Part shown: positions 29,110 to 39,621 of the stretch, piece by piece
How positions within the stretch are numbered: the stretch's first letter is position 1
Layout: each line of letters begins with the position of its first letter
Source of the DNA: an uncultured virus (IMG/VR IMGVR_UViG_3300043961_000090)
Taxonomy: Duplodnaviria; Heunggongvirae; Uroviricota; Caudoviricetes
DNA: 64,000 bases
Virus record (IMG/VR): IMGVR_UViG_3300043961_000090
Reading direction: 5' to 3' (one strand)
Translations under genes and position numbers: made by a program
Notes under the pieces: generated by a model
Told to the model about the DNA's origin: nothing
The model's input: only the letters and a program-made list of their open reading frames with translations
The model's database searches: none

Positions 29110-32100
29110 ATGGCAAACAAAACAGTCAACAGAACCGTCCGGATGTATATCGACGGAAAGGAAGTAGATAACAGTCTGAATGCAATATATAAGGAGCTCC
29201 GGGAGCAGAAAAAGGCATGGAAAGAAGCAGAAGTTGGATCAGAAGATTATCAGAAGGCAGTCCGGAACATCAAGACTCTGAACGGTGCCATCGAGGAGCA
29301 TAAGCAGGAAATACGGAGTGTGGGAACAGAACATACCGGAATAATGGGGAAATTTACCGGTATGGTGAACGGCATGAAAGGCGGATGGCTTTCGCTTACC
29401 GGATCCATTACCGCTGCTCTTGCTGCCGTTCAGGGAGCTATTGCTGCTCTGCAGGGAGTGATCAATGGAATAAAATGGTGGTATAATTACAACATTGAAG
29501 CTGAAAAAGCCTCCAGACTGACCCATGAATTTTTGGGGATCACCGGCCAGTCTTTGGTAAAAGTAAGATCCGAAATACAGGCTATAGCAAGCCAGTTTGG
29601 GAAGAGTTATAAGGATGTGCTCGAAGGCGTTGATTCACTGACAGCACAATATGGAATCAATGCGAAGAATGCGACGGATATTGTCAAGAAAGGTTTTGCT
29701 TCCGGAGCTGATGAGGGAGGTAATTTTCTGGAGCTTCTCAAGCAATATGCTCCGGCATTCCATGATGCAGGTATAAGTGCGGACCAACTTGTGGCCATTA
29801 TCAGTCAGACGCGTTCCGGGATATTCTCTAAAAACGGTCTATCAGATATTGCTATGGCATCAAACCGAATTCGCACGATGTCATCAACTACCGCCGTTGC
29901 CCTGGATAATATCGGGATATCATCATCAAAAGTAGAGAAAGAACTGCGAGACGGATCAAAGAGCACTTTCGACATCATCAAAGAAATAGCCACGCAACTT
30001 GAGCAACTCCCTCAGAATAGTAATGCAGCAGGGGCAGCAATAAAAGCCATATTCGGGAAAAATGCGGCAAATGACGGCATGAAAATGGTAGAGAACCTGG
30101 CTAAAGTGTCTACCAGTCTTGAGGAAGTGAAGGCAAAAACAGGAGAATGGGGGAAATTGCAGGAAGAGCAGATCGATGCACAGACGCAACTGAATGAAGA
30201 TGCAGATAAATATTTCGGAATCAGTCATAATGGTTATGCCAGTATGACTGCAAAAGCGAAAATCTATCTATTGGAAGGTCTTTCCGCAACGATAAAGGTA
30301 GTTGCCAATATCATTAACTATTTTATCCGCTGGTATAATGAATCGATGCTCATCCGCGGTGCTGTACAAACTGTTATAGGTACAGTATCAGCTTTAGGTT
30401 CTATAGTAGGATCAGTTTTCACATATCTGACAGATCTTATTAATAACTCTGTTCATGATTTAAAAGGATGGGCAGATGTCCTCGAAGGTATCATTACCCT
30501 TGATTTCAGTAAAGTAAAGTTAGGATTCAAAGAAGTTGGTGATGCACAGTCTAAAGAGCTCAAATCTATCGTCAGTAATTTCTTAAAGGCAGATAAGGGC
30601 GTTACTGATGCTTTTACCAAGGCTGGTAACCGAACGCTAAACGGGCATGTCAATGAACTGGGAGGTAACAACAATAAGGTCAATGCTGATACCGCAAAAA
30701 GCATGATCGGGAGACGGAAGAGATTAGGTAATTGGATTGTCGAATGGAATGGGAAGGAATGGGTAGGAATAGAGAGGGTTTCTGCCAAAAGAGAGAGCAA
30801 AAGAACTACATCACTAAAAAATTATACTGATCCCGAAGCTGCTGCCGCTGCAAAAGCTGCTGAAAAAAAGAGAAAGGAGCTTGATGCTGCAGAAGCTAAA
30901 GCAAAAGAAGAGGCCAGAAAGAAGATGCAGAAGGCCTTGGATAATATTGATGCTGAATATCAACAGAAAGAAAACAAGGCTAAAGATGACTATATGAAAG
31001 GGAATATCAAGACCCAGGAAGAATATAATCAAAAACTGGAAGATTTGGAAGAGGAAAAACTGGAAGCTCAATTAAAAGTGGCCAATCTTGAGCCTAAAAA
31101 ACGCGAGGAAATCAATACAAAGATTCAAGATGCCAAAATGAATCTCTTCAACAAGATGAATGACCTCATGAGAAACACAACTGATGAAGATCCTACACAT
31201 GAGTTGGATAACACTTTAAATAATCTCAAGAACAAACTTGATGAGGAAATGAATATTCTCAAGAATGCCTATCATGAGAAACTCATCACGGAGGAACAAT
31301 ACCAGGAAGATAAGAAGAAGTTGGAAACAAAATATGCCAACGAAGCGAAAAAAACTACTCAACAAAATTATGAAAAGCAAGATGAAAAGAGGGACGAAGA
31401 ATTTGAAGCAGAATTATCTGCATTGAAATTAAAATTAGCGAAGGAGGGATATTCGGAAGAATATATTGAAAAGAAACTCCTTGAAATGCGGCAAAACTAC
31501 TGGAAGAAACTTCTAAAGAATGATAAAGTATCAGCAAAAGAAAAGAATAAAGTCAATGAAAATCTGAACAATTCAGAAGTTAGTCAATATTCTAGCAAAT
31601 ACGAAAAGATTCAGGAAAAAGCGGAAATGTTCAGCGATATTATAAAATCTACAGCAATAGATCTTGGTAATGGAATCGCTGGAATTATCAAGAAAGATGG
31701 AACAACTGTTCAGACCATCGTAAAATCTATTTTAAAAGATATGCTGAATGCCTTTTTGGATTATCTCCAGAAACAGCTCATAGGGGATGAATTTGAAGTA
31801 ACTGCTAAATCCATAAAAAATTATGGTCCAATTCTCGGACCTATTAGGGCAGCAGTATCCATTGCTTTAATGCAAGCTCCATTTTTGGCTGCAAAGGCAG
31901 CTATTAATTCTTTCGCCGAAGGCGGTTATACCGGTGATGGGGGCAAATATGAGCCTGCCGGAGAGGTGCATAAAGGTGAATATGTGCTCCCACAGGAAGC
32001 AGTTCAGAATCCTGCATTCGCTCCACTGATGCATATTACTGATATTGCAAGGAAGTCAGGTAGAGTAGCAAATCTGACTGATGAAGACCTTGCTGCTATA

Positions 32101-32349
32101 TATAATAAAGGAAATACCGCTCCGCAAATAACAACTATAGCTTCTCGAGCACAAGATACACAGAATAAACAGATGATGGCCATGATCGCATCCAACACTG
32201 CTTTGTTGGCATCAACAACCGCTACCATCTCAAAACTGAATAAACGGCTCAGTCAGCCTATTACCGCTGAAACATACGTAGCTGGTCGGGGTGGAATCAA
32301 CGAAGCACAGGCACTTTACAGACGCCTGAATAAAAACGCAAGCAGATAG
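29110..32349 (+). CDS. Tail tape measure protein
   Basis: 1079 aa, coiled-coil/Ala-rich; FAEGGYTGDGGKYEPAGEVHKGEYV motif. Confidence 0.92.
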   Translation: MANKTVNRTVRMYIDGKEVDNSLNAIYKELREQKKAWKEAEVGSEDYQKAVRNIKTLNGAIEEHKQEIRSVGTEHTGIMGKFTGMVNGMKGGWLSLTGSITAALAAVQGAIAALQGVINGIKWWYNYNIEAEKASRLTHEFLGITGQSLVKVRSEIQAIASQFGKSYKDVLEGVDSLTAQYGINAKNATDIVKKGFASGADEGGNFLELLKQYAPAFHDAGISADQLVAIISQTRSGIFSKNGLSDIAMASNRIRTMSSTTAVALDNIGISSSKVEKELRDGSKSTFDIIKEIATQLEQLPQNSNAAGAAIKAIFGKNAANDGMKMVENLAKVSTSLEEVKAKTGEWGKLQEEQIDAQTQLNEDADKYFGISHNGYASMTAKAKIYLLEGLSATIKVVANIINYFIRWYNESMLIRGAVQTVIGTVSALGSIVGSVFTYLTDLINNSVHDLKGWADVLEGIITLDFSKVKLGFKEVGDAQSKELKSIVSNFLKADKGVTDAFTKAGNRTLNGHVNELGGNNNKVNADTAKSMIGRRKRLGNWIVEWNGKEWVGIERVSAKRESKRTTSLKNYTDPEAAAAAKAAEKKRKELDAAEAKAKEEARKKMQKALDNIDAEYQQKENKAKDDYMKGNIKTQEEYNQKLEDLEEEKLEAQLKVANLEPKKREEINTKIQDAKMNLFNKMNDLMRNTTDEDPTHELDNTLNNLKNKLDEEMNILKNAYHEKLITEEQYQEDKKKLETKYANEAKKTTQQNYEKQDEKRDEEFEAELSALKLKLAKEGYSEEYIEKKLLEMRQNYWKKLLKNDKVSAKEKNKVNENLNNSEVSQYSSKYEKIQEKAEMFSDIIKSTAIDLGNGIAGIIKKDGTTVQTIVKSILKDMLNAFLDYLQKQLIGDEFEVTAKSIKNYGPILGPIRAAVSIALMQAPFLAAKAAINSFAEGGYTGDGGKYEPAGEVHKGEYVLPQEAVQNPAFAPLMHITDIARKSGRVANLTDEDLAAIYNKGNTAPQITTIASRAQDTQNKQMMAMIASNTALLASTTATISKLNKRLSQPITAETYVAGRGGINEAQALYRRLNKNASR

Positions 32350-32352
32350 ATT

Positions 32353-34662
32353 ATGCTGATATTATTGATAAATGGAATGAGAGTGAATCTCCCTGCTGAT
32401 ATGCAGGAGGATTTTTATGCTTCCAATCCTTTTTTTACCAAAAAAGGAGAATGGACGCTGGATATTGATATTGATCTGCATGATCCGCAAAATGCAATCG
32501 TATATAAGAGTATCAATCGCCTTGATGTCCGGACGCATCCCACCAATCGTACTGCTGTTCTATTTAATGCTGACCGGCTGATCCTGCACGGAACGGAAGT
32601 GATTGATTCTATTGATGAGAACAAGGCAAAGATACAATTGGTCGGAGGAAATTCGGAATTGAATTATCTCGGTGGCACATCACGACATATACAGGACGTG
32701 GATATGGGAATCATGAACCTGGGGAATACCGAACAAGAGATGCTGGATAAAGCAGTTGCATCATGGGGCGGGAGTTATCCGGAATGGGAATGGGTATGCC
32801 TGCCTGTCTGCAGCAAAAACGAGACAACACATAAGGATCTTAATGTTATAGATAATTTTACTTTGGATGATGATGAGACCTATTATGGAGCCAACATACC
32901 TCGTATACATTTCTCCGGAGGGCAGGATTTCGATTCGGCTATATTGGATCTTGGAAATGTGGGGGATCATCAGCATATATGCGCACTTCCGTATGTTCCG
33001 GCATTCATCGAGCGCCTTATATCCGGACTCGGATTTAAATTAGGATCTGATGCTATCGCTACCGATGAAAGATATAAGCACATGATATTCTGCTCTTCGA
33101 ATACAGGAGTAGCATGGAACTGTAAGGTCCCTAATGTGCTGGTCAATGACTTTATCACGGATGTAGAAGCCTTTTTCAATGTTATTTTTGATATCAATGA
33201 ATATACCAGGGTAATTAACATCTATAGCATTCCTGATTTCTATGCACAGCAACAAACAGTCTATATCCCTCTCCGGGATGTGATCGGAAACATTAAAAAG
33301 GATTATAAGGATACGGCAAATAATGGAGATGATAGTGATGATTCTGATAATGATGGTAATGATTCTTTAAATTTCGGGAGCGACAACCTGAAATATAATC
33401 TATCGGATGATATCGCCAACAAATATGATGATGTGTCAAAGGGACTGATTGCTGCATGTGATATCATCGATGTGACAGAAGGGAGCTGGAGTAATCCATT
33501 TTCGAGATATAACTATGCGGATATATGGAAAATCATTACAGGGAGCAGCACTATCGACGCAGATAATACTGATGGATCAGGGATATCATATAAGGTAAGC
33601 GTGATGAGTCTATTCCGCCAGACAATGTTCGATGAGCAGAACCTATATATGCTCAGATGTGTGATCCCGAAGAGTGACAGCGAAAAATATGGTATAGCTG
33701 CAGTGCGACCAATAAATCAATTTGCCGCACGAGAGATACCAGATCCGAATGCCAACACCTTATCATTCAATATCATCCCATGTAAGATATTATCCTCTCC
33801 AGTCTATAAAGCAGACGATAACCATCATGGATTCCAGTTTCCTTTTCTCAATCCATCATGGCCACCTCAGGGTGATAATAACGTAGTATTCGGAAATCCG
33901 AATACTTTCAGCTATGCTGACAATCAACTCAACAAATATGTCCAGGATGGATATAAACCTGATGAGATAGAGGATAATAACGGACGTATTGAGGTGGCTT
34001 TTTATGATGGCCTGCAGAAAGTAACCTGGGAGGATCCTGCTATGAATGCCAATCATGATAATCTAAAAGTCCCAGTAGCGACAACTCTTAATGAAACATT
34101 TTTGCTCAGAGAAAAGATAACGGATATATCTGATAAACTCATTGCTGGTTGCCGGGCCGTAAATTTCGGGTATCCGGAACGGACGATGAGCATACTCGGA
34201 ACGCATGGGATGTATGCCTATACATACTCGAAGAATCCGAAGATCGACAAAACAGAAACCTATACGATTCAGTTCAAATCAGAAAAGCAATTGGATCCGA
34301 GATCGATATTCGTGATCGGAAACATGAAATTCTATTGTAAGCAACTAAAATATTCACTTACAAATCACGGTATGAGCCAGATCATTGAAGGCACCTTTTA
34401 TAAAATGACCGGAAATGAGTTATCAGGAAGCACCTTCACTGTCACTATCATACTCGGAACTGACGTAACGACGGATAATGCTCTCACGGAAATCGAGGAA
34501 GGATCTGCATTTACGGCAAAATTTGTGAAGGGTGTTCATGATACGCCTAATGTCTCAGTAAAGATGGGTGATGAATATATCACTGCAGGTGCCTGGTACC
34601 CGGAATCATTTACAGTCTATATATCTAATGTGACAGGTAATATTGAGATCACTGCAGAGTAA
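32353..34662 (+). CDS. Tail tip/baseplate protein
   Basis: 769 aa immediately after tape measure. Confidence 0.65.
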   Translation: MLILLINGMRVNLPADMQEDFYASNPFFTKKGEWTLDIDIDLHDPQNAIVYKSINRLDVRTHPTNRTAVLFNADRLILHGTEVIDSIDENKAKIQLVGGNSELNYLGGTSRHIQDVDMGIMNLGNTEQEMLDKAVASWGGSYPEWEWVCLPVCSKNETTHKDLNVIDNFTLDDDETYYGANIPRIHFSGGQDFDSAILDLGNVGDHQHICALPYVPAFIERLISGLGFKLGSDAIATDERYKHMIFCSSNTGVAWNCKVPNVLVNDFITDVEAFFNVIFDINEYTRVINIYSIPDFYAQQQTVYIPLRDVIGNIKKDYKDTANNGDDSDDSDNDGNDSLNFGSDNLKYNLSDDIANKYDDVSKGLIAACDIIDVTEGSWSNPFSRYNYADIWKIITGSSTIDADNTDGSGISYKVSVMSLFRQTMFDEQNLYMLRCVIPKSDSEKYGIAAVRPINQFAAREIPDPNANTLSFNIIPCKILSSPVYKADDNHHGFQFPFLNPSWPPQGDNNVVFGNPNTFSYADNQLNKYVQDGYKPDEIEDNNGRIEVAFYDGLQKVTWEDPAMNANHDNLKVPVATTLNETFLLREKITDISDKLIAGCRAVNFGYPERTMSILGTHGMYAYTYSKNPKIDKTETYTIQFKSEKQLDPRSIFVIGNMKFYCKQLKYSLTNHGMSQIIEGTFYKMTGNELSGSTFTVTIILGTDVTTDNALTEIEEGSAFTAKFVKGVHDTPNVSVKMGDEYITAGAWYPESFTVYISNVTGNIEITAE

Positions 34663-34725
34663 CGATGTCCTATCCGGACAAAAAATCTTGTTTTAAATTT
34701 GTAAAAACAAAAAATACATACGATT

Positions 34726-37700
34726 ATGTCAATAGTTATATCAGATCTTATCGCTTCCGCCGAGACCATCCGCACGAATAATCTCCCGGATTCCAATACT
34801 CCTGAACTGGTCGGTTCGACCATGAAGAATGCCTTGCTGTTGTTGCAGGACCTCCAGTCCGCAAAAGACGGTCCTTATTATATAGATGTGAGCATCAGTG
34901 ATGCTCAGAACCTGCCATCTTCCCCTACTGATCAGCAGAAGCTCACAGCCTATCTGATCGGGAGTTATGTCTATGTCTGGAATGGTACTGCCTGGACCCC
35001 GAAACAGTTTGTTGGACCTGTCGGAGAAAAAGGTGATAAGGGAGACAGCGGTGTGACTGATGCAGCATCCGTTGTGGCAATCAGTGATTATACTGCCGGT
35101 GACGGATCGGATGCCACAAAGGTGTATGTCGGTACGGCCAATGCGCTGAAAAACCTGTATCTGTACGTATCCGGAATGATCGCGAAGAATACTCAGAATA
35201 TTGGTACCAATGACTATCCTTCCTATGATGCATCCCTGCCCTATAAGGTCGGTGACATTCGCACCTATGACGGCAACCTCTACCGTTGCACGACCAACAT
35301 CACGACTTCCGAGGCCTGGAACTCCGCCCATTGGACCCAGACGTCTATGAATGAGATTCAGAGAAAAATGAACTCCGTGCTGAACATCTCGGAGACATAT
35401 CCCACGAGCGGGACGAACGGTGGTAATACCTATTCACTGACAGGCAGCAAGGAGGTAGACCGCCTCACGCTGACCAGCGGTGTGGCTACAGACGGCATAA
35501 TTAAGATCACGTTAAATAGCACGGAGCATGATATTGCTGTAATGGCTGCTAAAGCAGAAGTGGACAGACTGACATTTACTGGGGGAGTTACAGCTAATGG
35601 CACAATAAAGATACATTTGGGAGGAGTTGAGTTTGATATTGCAGTTACAACTGATTATAACACAGCTGATTTATTAGCTGCTTTCATAGCCACCCAGACT
35701 TTTACAGGATGGACTGTAACATATATTGCTGGAAATACCTATATTGATTTTACTTGCAACACGGCTGGAACTGCTCCTGCTCCAACTTATGACATCAATT
35801 CCAGCGGAGCTACGGGAAGTATCACACAAATCACTGTCGGTGAAGATAACCAATCCACCATAGCATTGCTTGCCATTTATATCGCTACACAGACTATAGA
35901 AGGTTTCACCCTTACCGCCGGTTCGGACTATGTAGATTTTATATCTAATTCTGATGGCGATTTAACTACTCCTTCTTATGATGATAATGGGACTGGGGCA
36001 ATTGGAGGTATATGCGTTAATACTGTTTTCAGTATATCTGCATTATCTGTTATACCTATATATTTACAGAGAGGAGGTTTGTTTATTATATATATTGATA
36101 GAAAATCAGGATTATATAAACATGCATATTTAGATAATCCTACTTTCACTGAAGATGCATCATATTGGAATTCAAAGGGAGAATCAATCTCTTATCCATT
36201 TCATATAATGGGTGCTCTTGAATTTGATGGAGAAATACATCAAATACATACTACTTTTTATACTACAGATTTTATATATCTTCCTAAAGGATCTATCATA
36301 TATTCAGAACAAAAAGGAATATATAATTCTTACTATCCACATATTGCTGTTTATAATGAAGATTTTTCATTTAAGGAAGCTCCAACTTATAGCGGTTCTA
36401 GTCCTTTTTATTATGCATTACAAGATTGCTATGTTAAATATACTAATGATATAGCAGGATATATAAATCCTACTATATTATATCAATATAACAAAAATTT
36501 CGGATATGATGGTTTTATTTGGGACGGAACTATAATTCATGGCTTTTTAAATGGTCTGGGATTGATTTCAACAGATGAAACTAGATACGTTACTGATTAT
36601 ATAAAATTATCAAAGGGAGATAGAGTAAAAGTCTTAGAAAAAAATTTAGTCATAGGTAATATTTATCAGCCAAATTTATGCATATATAAATCGAAAACTT
36701 TGTCATCTTTTTTTAGTTCAGTTCAGGCTGAAGAAGAAGTAGGATTAACATATATCGCAAAAAATGATTGTTATGTAAGATATACTAACGCTTTATCCTA
36801 TAAAAATACTATAAAAATTGAAAGGATACAAAATAATAGCCTATCTGAATCAGATATCTTACAAGAAATATCAAATATTTCTTGTAAGATTAATAATAGA
36901 TTTATATCATTGAAAAAAGAAGATTTTTTCAAACACGAATATATAAATGTTACTAATGGACAACTATCTTATCTATATTTAAATAATCAAATTTCTTCAA
37001 AGAAATTTTATAAAATAATTGATCCATCTGAAACATTTTTATTTAATATAGAAATGTCTAATACTACTTATCGTCTTGTCTTTTGCTTAATTTTTTTTGA
37101 TAAAGAATATAACTATTTATCTTTTGAAACTTGGAATAGAAATTATCAATTTTCCGTTCCTAACGGAGCAGTTTATTTTAAAATTTCATTATCATTGGAA
37201 TTAGAAGATTCCAGTTTTATATCACCAGTAGAAAATTTAAGAGATCTTATATTCGATAATCTGGTTTCAAATCTTATTTTAGATAATGTAGAAGAAATTT
37301 CCATATCTGATGAAAACTATTTAAGTATATGGAATGGGAGAAAAGTTGGATTTTTGGGCGATAGTCTTACTTCTTATGCAGATTATGTAAATGCTTATAG
37401 TAATATAACAAATTGCCAAGTTGTAAATTATGGAATTGGTGGAACAAATATTGCTACTATTAGTGGAAAAACAAATGCTTTCGTAGATAGATATTTAAAT
37501 ATGGAAGATGATCTTGATATGCTAATAGTAGAAGGAGGAGTTAATGATCATAGAAGTGGGGTTCCAATAGGGGATTTTAATGATATTAATATTGATGGAT
37601 CATTGAACAATACCTTTTATGGAGCACTTCATCTATTAATGAGGGGACTTATTAATAAATATAGAAACATACCGATCGTATTTCTTACCCCAATGCACAA

Positions 37701-38049
37701 TTCTTACAGAGATGAAACTTGGGGAGATACTGGAGATTATAACTATTATCAATATACGACCAATGGAAAATTGGTAGAAAATAAATTTCCTCTAAAGGAT
37801 AACCGGGACGTCGATGATACTGTCGCTACTGGAGATGTATTATCTAAATATGTGCAAGCAATAAAAGATGTAGCGTCTTTCTATTCCATAAAAGTAATTG
37901 ATCTTTATGCAATAAGCAATATACAGCCTATTTTGGATTGGAATAAGACAATGTTTACCAGAGAAGGAATACATCCTAATGCAGTCGGAGGAAAAAGAAT
38001 TGCTGATATTATTTATCCAATTCTTGAAAAACTTAATTATAATTTATAG
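34726..38049 (+). CDS. Tail fibre/receptor-binding protein with C-terminal SGNH/GDSL esterase
   Basis: Short collagen-like GxxGxx, CBM-like YKVGDIRTYDGNLYRC, GFLGDSLT, GGVND, GIHPN. Confidence 0.8.
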   Translation: MSIVISDLIASAETIRTNNLPDSNTPELVGSTMKNALLLLQDLQSAKDGPYYIDVSISDAQNLPSSPTDQQKLTAYLIGSYVYVWNGTAWTPKQFVGPVGEKGDKGDSGVTDAASVVAISDYTAGDGSDATKVYVGTANALKNLYLYVSGMIAKNTQNIGTNDYPSYDASLPYKVGDIRTYDGNLYRCTTNITTSEAWNSAHWTQTSMNEIQRKMNSVLNISETYPTSGTNGGNTYSLTGSKEVDRLTLTSGVATDGIIKITLNSTEHDIAVMAAKAEVDRLTFTGGVTANGTIKIHLGGVEFDIAVTTDYNTADLLAAFIATQTFTGWTVTYIAGNTYIDFTCNTAGTAPAPTYDINSSGATGSITQITVGEDNQSTIALLAIYIATQTIEGFTLTAGSDYVDFISNSDGDLTTPSYDDNGTGAIGGICVNTVFSISALSVIPIYLQRGGLFIIYIDRKSGLYKHAYLDNPTFTEDASYWNSKGESISYPFHIMGALEFDGEIHQIHTTFYTTDFIYLPKGSIIYSEQKGIYNSYYPHIAVYNEDFSFKEAPTYSGSSPFYYALQDCYVKYTNDIAGYINPTILYQYNKNFGYDGFIWDGTIIHGFLNGLGLISTDETRYVTDYIKLSKGDRVKVLEKNLVIGNIYQPNLCIYKSKTLSSFFSSVQAEEEVGLTYIAKNDCYVRYTNALSYKNTIKIERIQNNSLSESDILQEISNISCKINNRFISLKKEDFFKHEYINVTNGQLSYLYLNNQISSKKFYKIIDPSETFLFNIEMSNTTYRLVFCLIFFDKEYNYLSFETWNRNYQFSVPNGAVYFKISLSLELEDSSFISPVENLRDLIFDNLVSNLILDNVEEISISDENYLSIWNGRKVGFLGDSLTSYADYVNAYSNITNCQVVNYGIGGTNIATISGKTNAFVDRYLNMEDDLDMLIVEGGVNDHRSGVPIGDFNDINIDGSLNNTFYGALHLLMRGLINKYRNIPIVFLTPMHNSYRDETWGDTGDYNYYQYTTNGKLVENKFPLKDNRDVDDTVATGDVLSKYVQAIKDVASFYSIKVIDLYAISNIQPILDWNKTMFTREGIHPNAVGGKRIADIIYPILEKLNYNL

Positions 38050-39204
38050 CACTCCTTTATAACCCACAATATCCTTATCCGCTATGCTCCGATCCAAAGG
38101 AGTATAGCGGTTAGTGATTTCAATCGATGAGTGCCGTGCCTGGTCACGAACGGTCAGGATGTTTTCATTATCTTTAATCATATTGGTAATCCCAGTATCC
38201 TTAAAGCTGTAGAATTTATAAGTTTCCGGAAGGTTAAGAGGCTTCCGAACTCTCAGATCCCAGAACTCTCTGAACTGGCGCTGATCCTTATGAGTAACGC
38301 TAGGTCTCATATCTTTACCGAACAGGTACCATGATCCAGGATTGCTAAAAATCCCAAGATCGATCATGTATCGCATGACATGGTCCGGAATAGTAACAAT
38401 AGCATCATTATGATTCTTTGTATGATCACCATATAAGATTAGCGTCTTATTTTTGACGGAAATATCGCGGATCTTGATATAACTCATTTCCTTTGGCCGG
38501 ACAAATAAATAATTGATACACTGGCAGGCGAGCAGAAAGTGAGGATAACGTTCAGAAAGGAAATCACGTATATTGGCCATGACAGGATCAGGGATCACCT
38601 CCCTATTCTTTCGACGTGATCGTTTCATCTTACTGATACCTTCGACAGGATTAATAGTCAGATAAGCACGCTGAAGCAGATAATGAGAAAAACTGCTCAG
38701 CCATCCGAGATAATTGTTCCTGGTCTGAGGAGTATTGTTCAGATCGATAAAAACATAATCAAGAAATTGTGATGCAATATGCCGGTCAAATTGATAAATA
38801 TAGATGATCTTATCCTTTCCCCAGCGAGAAAACATACGGAGATAACTCATATAACTAACAACGGTATCCTCTCGGAGATCATGACATTGCATCTCCTTAG
38901 TCAGATATTCCTTGTATTTTTCAATCACATCAGAAAAGGTAGAATATTCCATTGGGCGCATCTGTTCAATCCATGGATTCCATCCATCAAGGAGTTTCTT
39001 CGTAAGTTTCTGGATAATTTGAGTTGCTCTGAGTTTCTGATACCTTTTACCATGCAGCCTTCCCAGCATGATCTTCTTTTGCTTCATCTTTCCGGTAGCC
39101 GGACAAAATGCAGTAAAGCTCACATAGCATTCAGATTTTTGATGAAATACCGGTGGCGTCCATCCTTTGATCTGATTGATAATTTCATCATTAGTAAGAC
39201 TCAT
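38044..39204 (-). CDS. int: Prophage tyrosine integrase
   Basis: RPKE, YSFKDTG, ARHSSIEITNRY catalytic motifs; adjacent to att. Confidence 0.92.
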   Translation of the reverse strand: MSLTNDEIINQIKGWTPPVFHQKSECYVSFTAFCPATGKMKQKKIMLGRLHGKRYQKLRATQIIQKLTKKLLDGWNPWIEQMRPMEYSTFSDVIEKYKEYLTKEMQCHDLREDTVVSYMSYLRMFSRWGKDKIIYIYQFDRHIASQFLDYVFIDLNNTPQTRNNYLGWLSSFSHYLLQRAYLTINPVEGISKMKRSRRKNREVIPDPVMANIRDFLSERYPHFLLACQCINYLFVRPKEMSYIKIRDISVKNKTLILYGDHTKNHNDAIVTIPDHVMRYMIDLGIFSNPGSWYLFGKDMRPSVTHKDQRQFREFWDLRVRKPLNLPETYKFYSFKDTGITNMIKDNENILTVRDQARHSSIEITNRYTPLDRSIADKDIVGYKGVL

Positions 39205-39276
39205 TTTTTTTCCTTTCTCATTTTCAGAGAAAGGATAAGATTAATAACAATATGACATTCAACTCTATAAGTGTCA

Positions 39277-39294
39277 CCGACTTTTCGCCGAGTT
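39277..39294. repeat. Putative integrase arm-type site
   Basis: Identical to 212-229. Confidence 0.7.
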
Positions 39295-39349
39295 CTTTTA
39301 AACAACAACAGGCTAACTCGTTGATATTAACGATGTTAGCCTGCTTTTT

Positions 39350-39362
39350 GTTGGGATACCCG
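39350..39362. repeat. att core (prophage/ICE junction)
   Basis: Identical to 113-125; preceded by hairpin CAGGCTAAC...GTTAGCCTG (39309-39343). Confidence 0.8.
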
Positions 39363-39621
39363 CATGTGATATTTGCAAAGGCTTGTCAATCCAATTATAA
39401 CAAGTGTTGACACAAAACGTTAAATGCCAGCTATTTATAAATATAAAATCACGAAAAATGCTTTCATAATAGACAAATAGGACCAGTGCTGTTATACAAG
39501 AATTTTGAATTACCGTGCAGTTTTAGTAACTTTGTTAGCAGAAGTTAGGTCGTTCCAGTATCAAACCTTTTAAACTTCAAAACAGACCTAAATATTAAAA
39601 ACATTAACAAAGCTATTAATT

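Larger units (their letters stand above)
113..39362. mobile_element. Temperate prophage (siphovirus-like, ~39.2 kb, apparently complete)
   Basis: 13-bp direct repeat at both ends; integrase at the right end; immunity, replication, head, packaging, lysis and tail modules present as intact ORFs; tape measure but no recognisable sheath gene. Confidence 0.93.

Noticed and set aside
34726..39204. Diversity-generating retroelement or invertible tail-fibre shufflon
   Set aside because: No reverse transcriptase, no template/variable repeat pair and no inverted fibre cassettes seen
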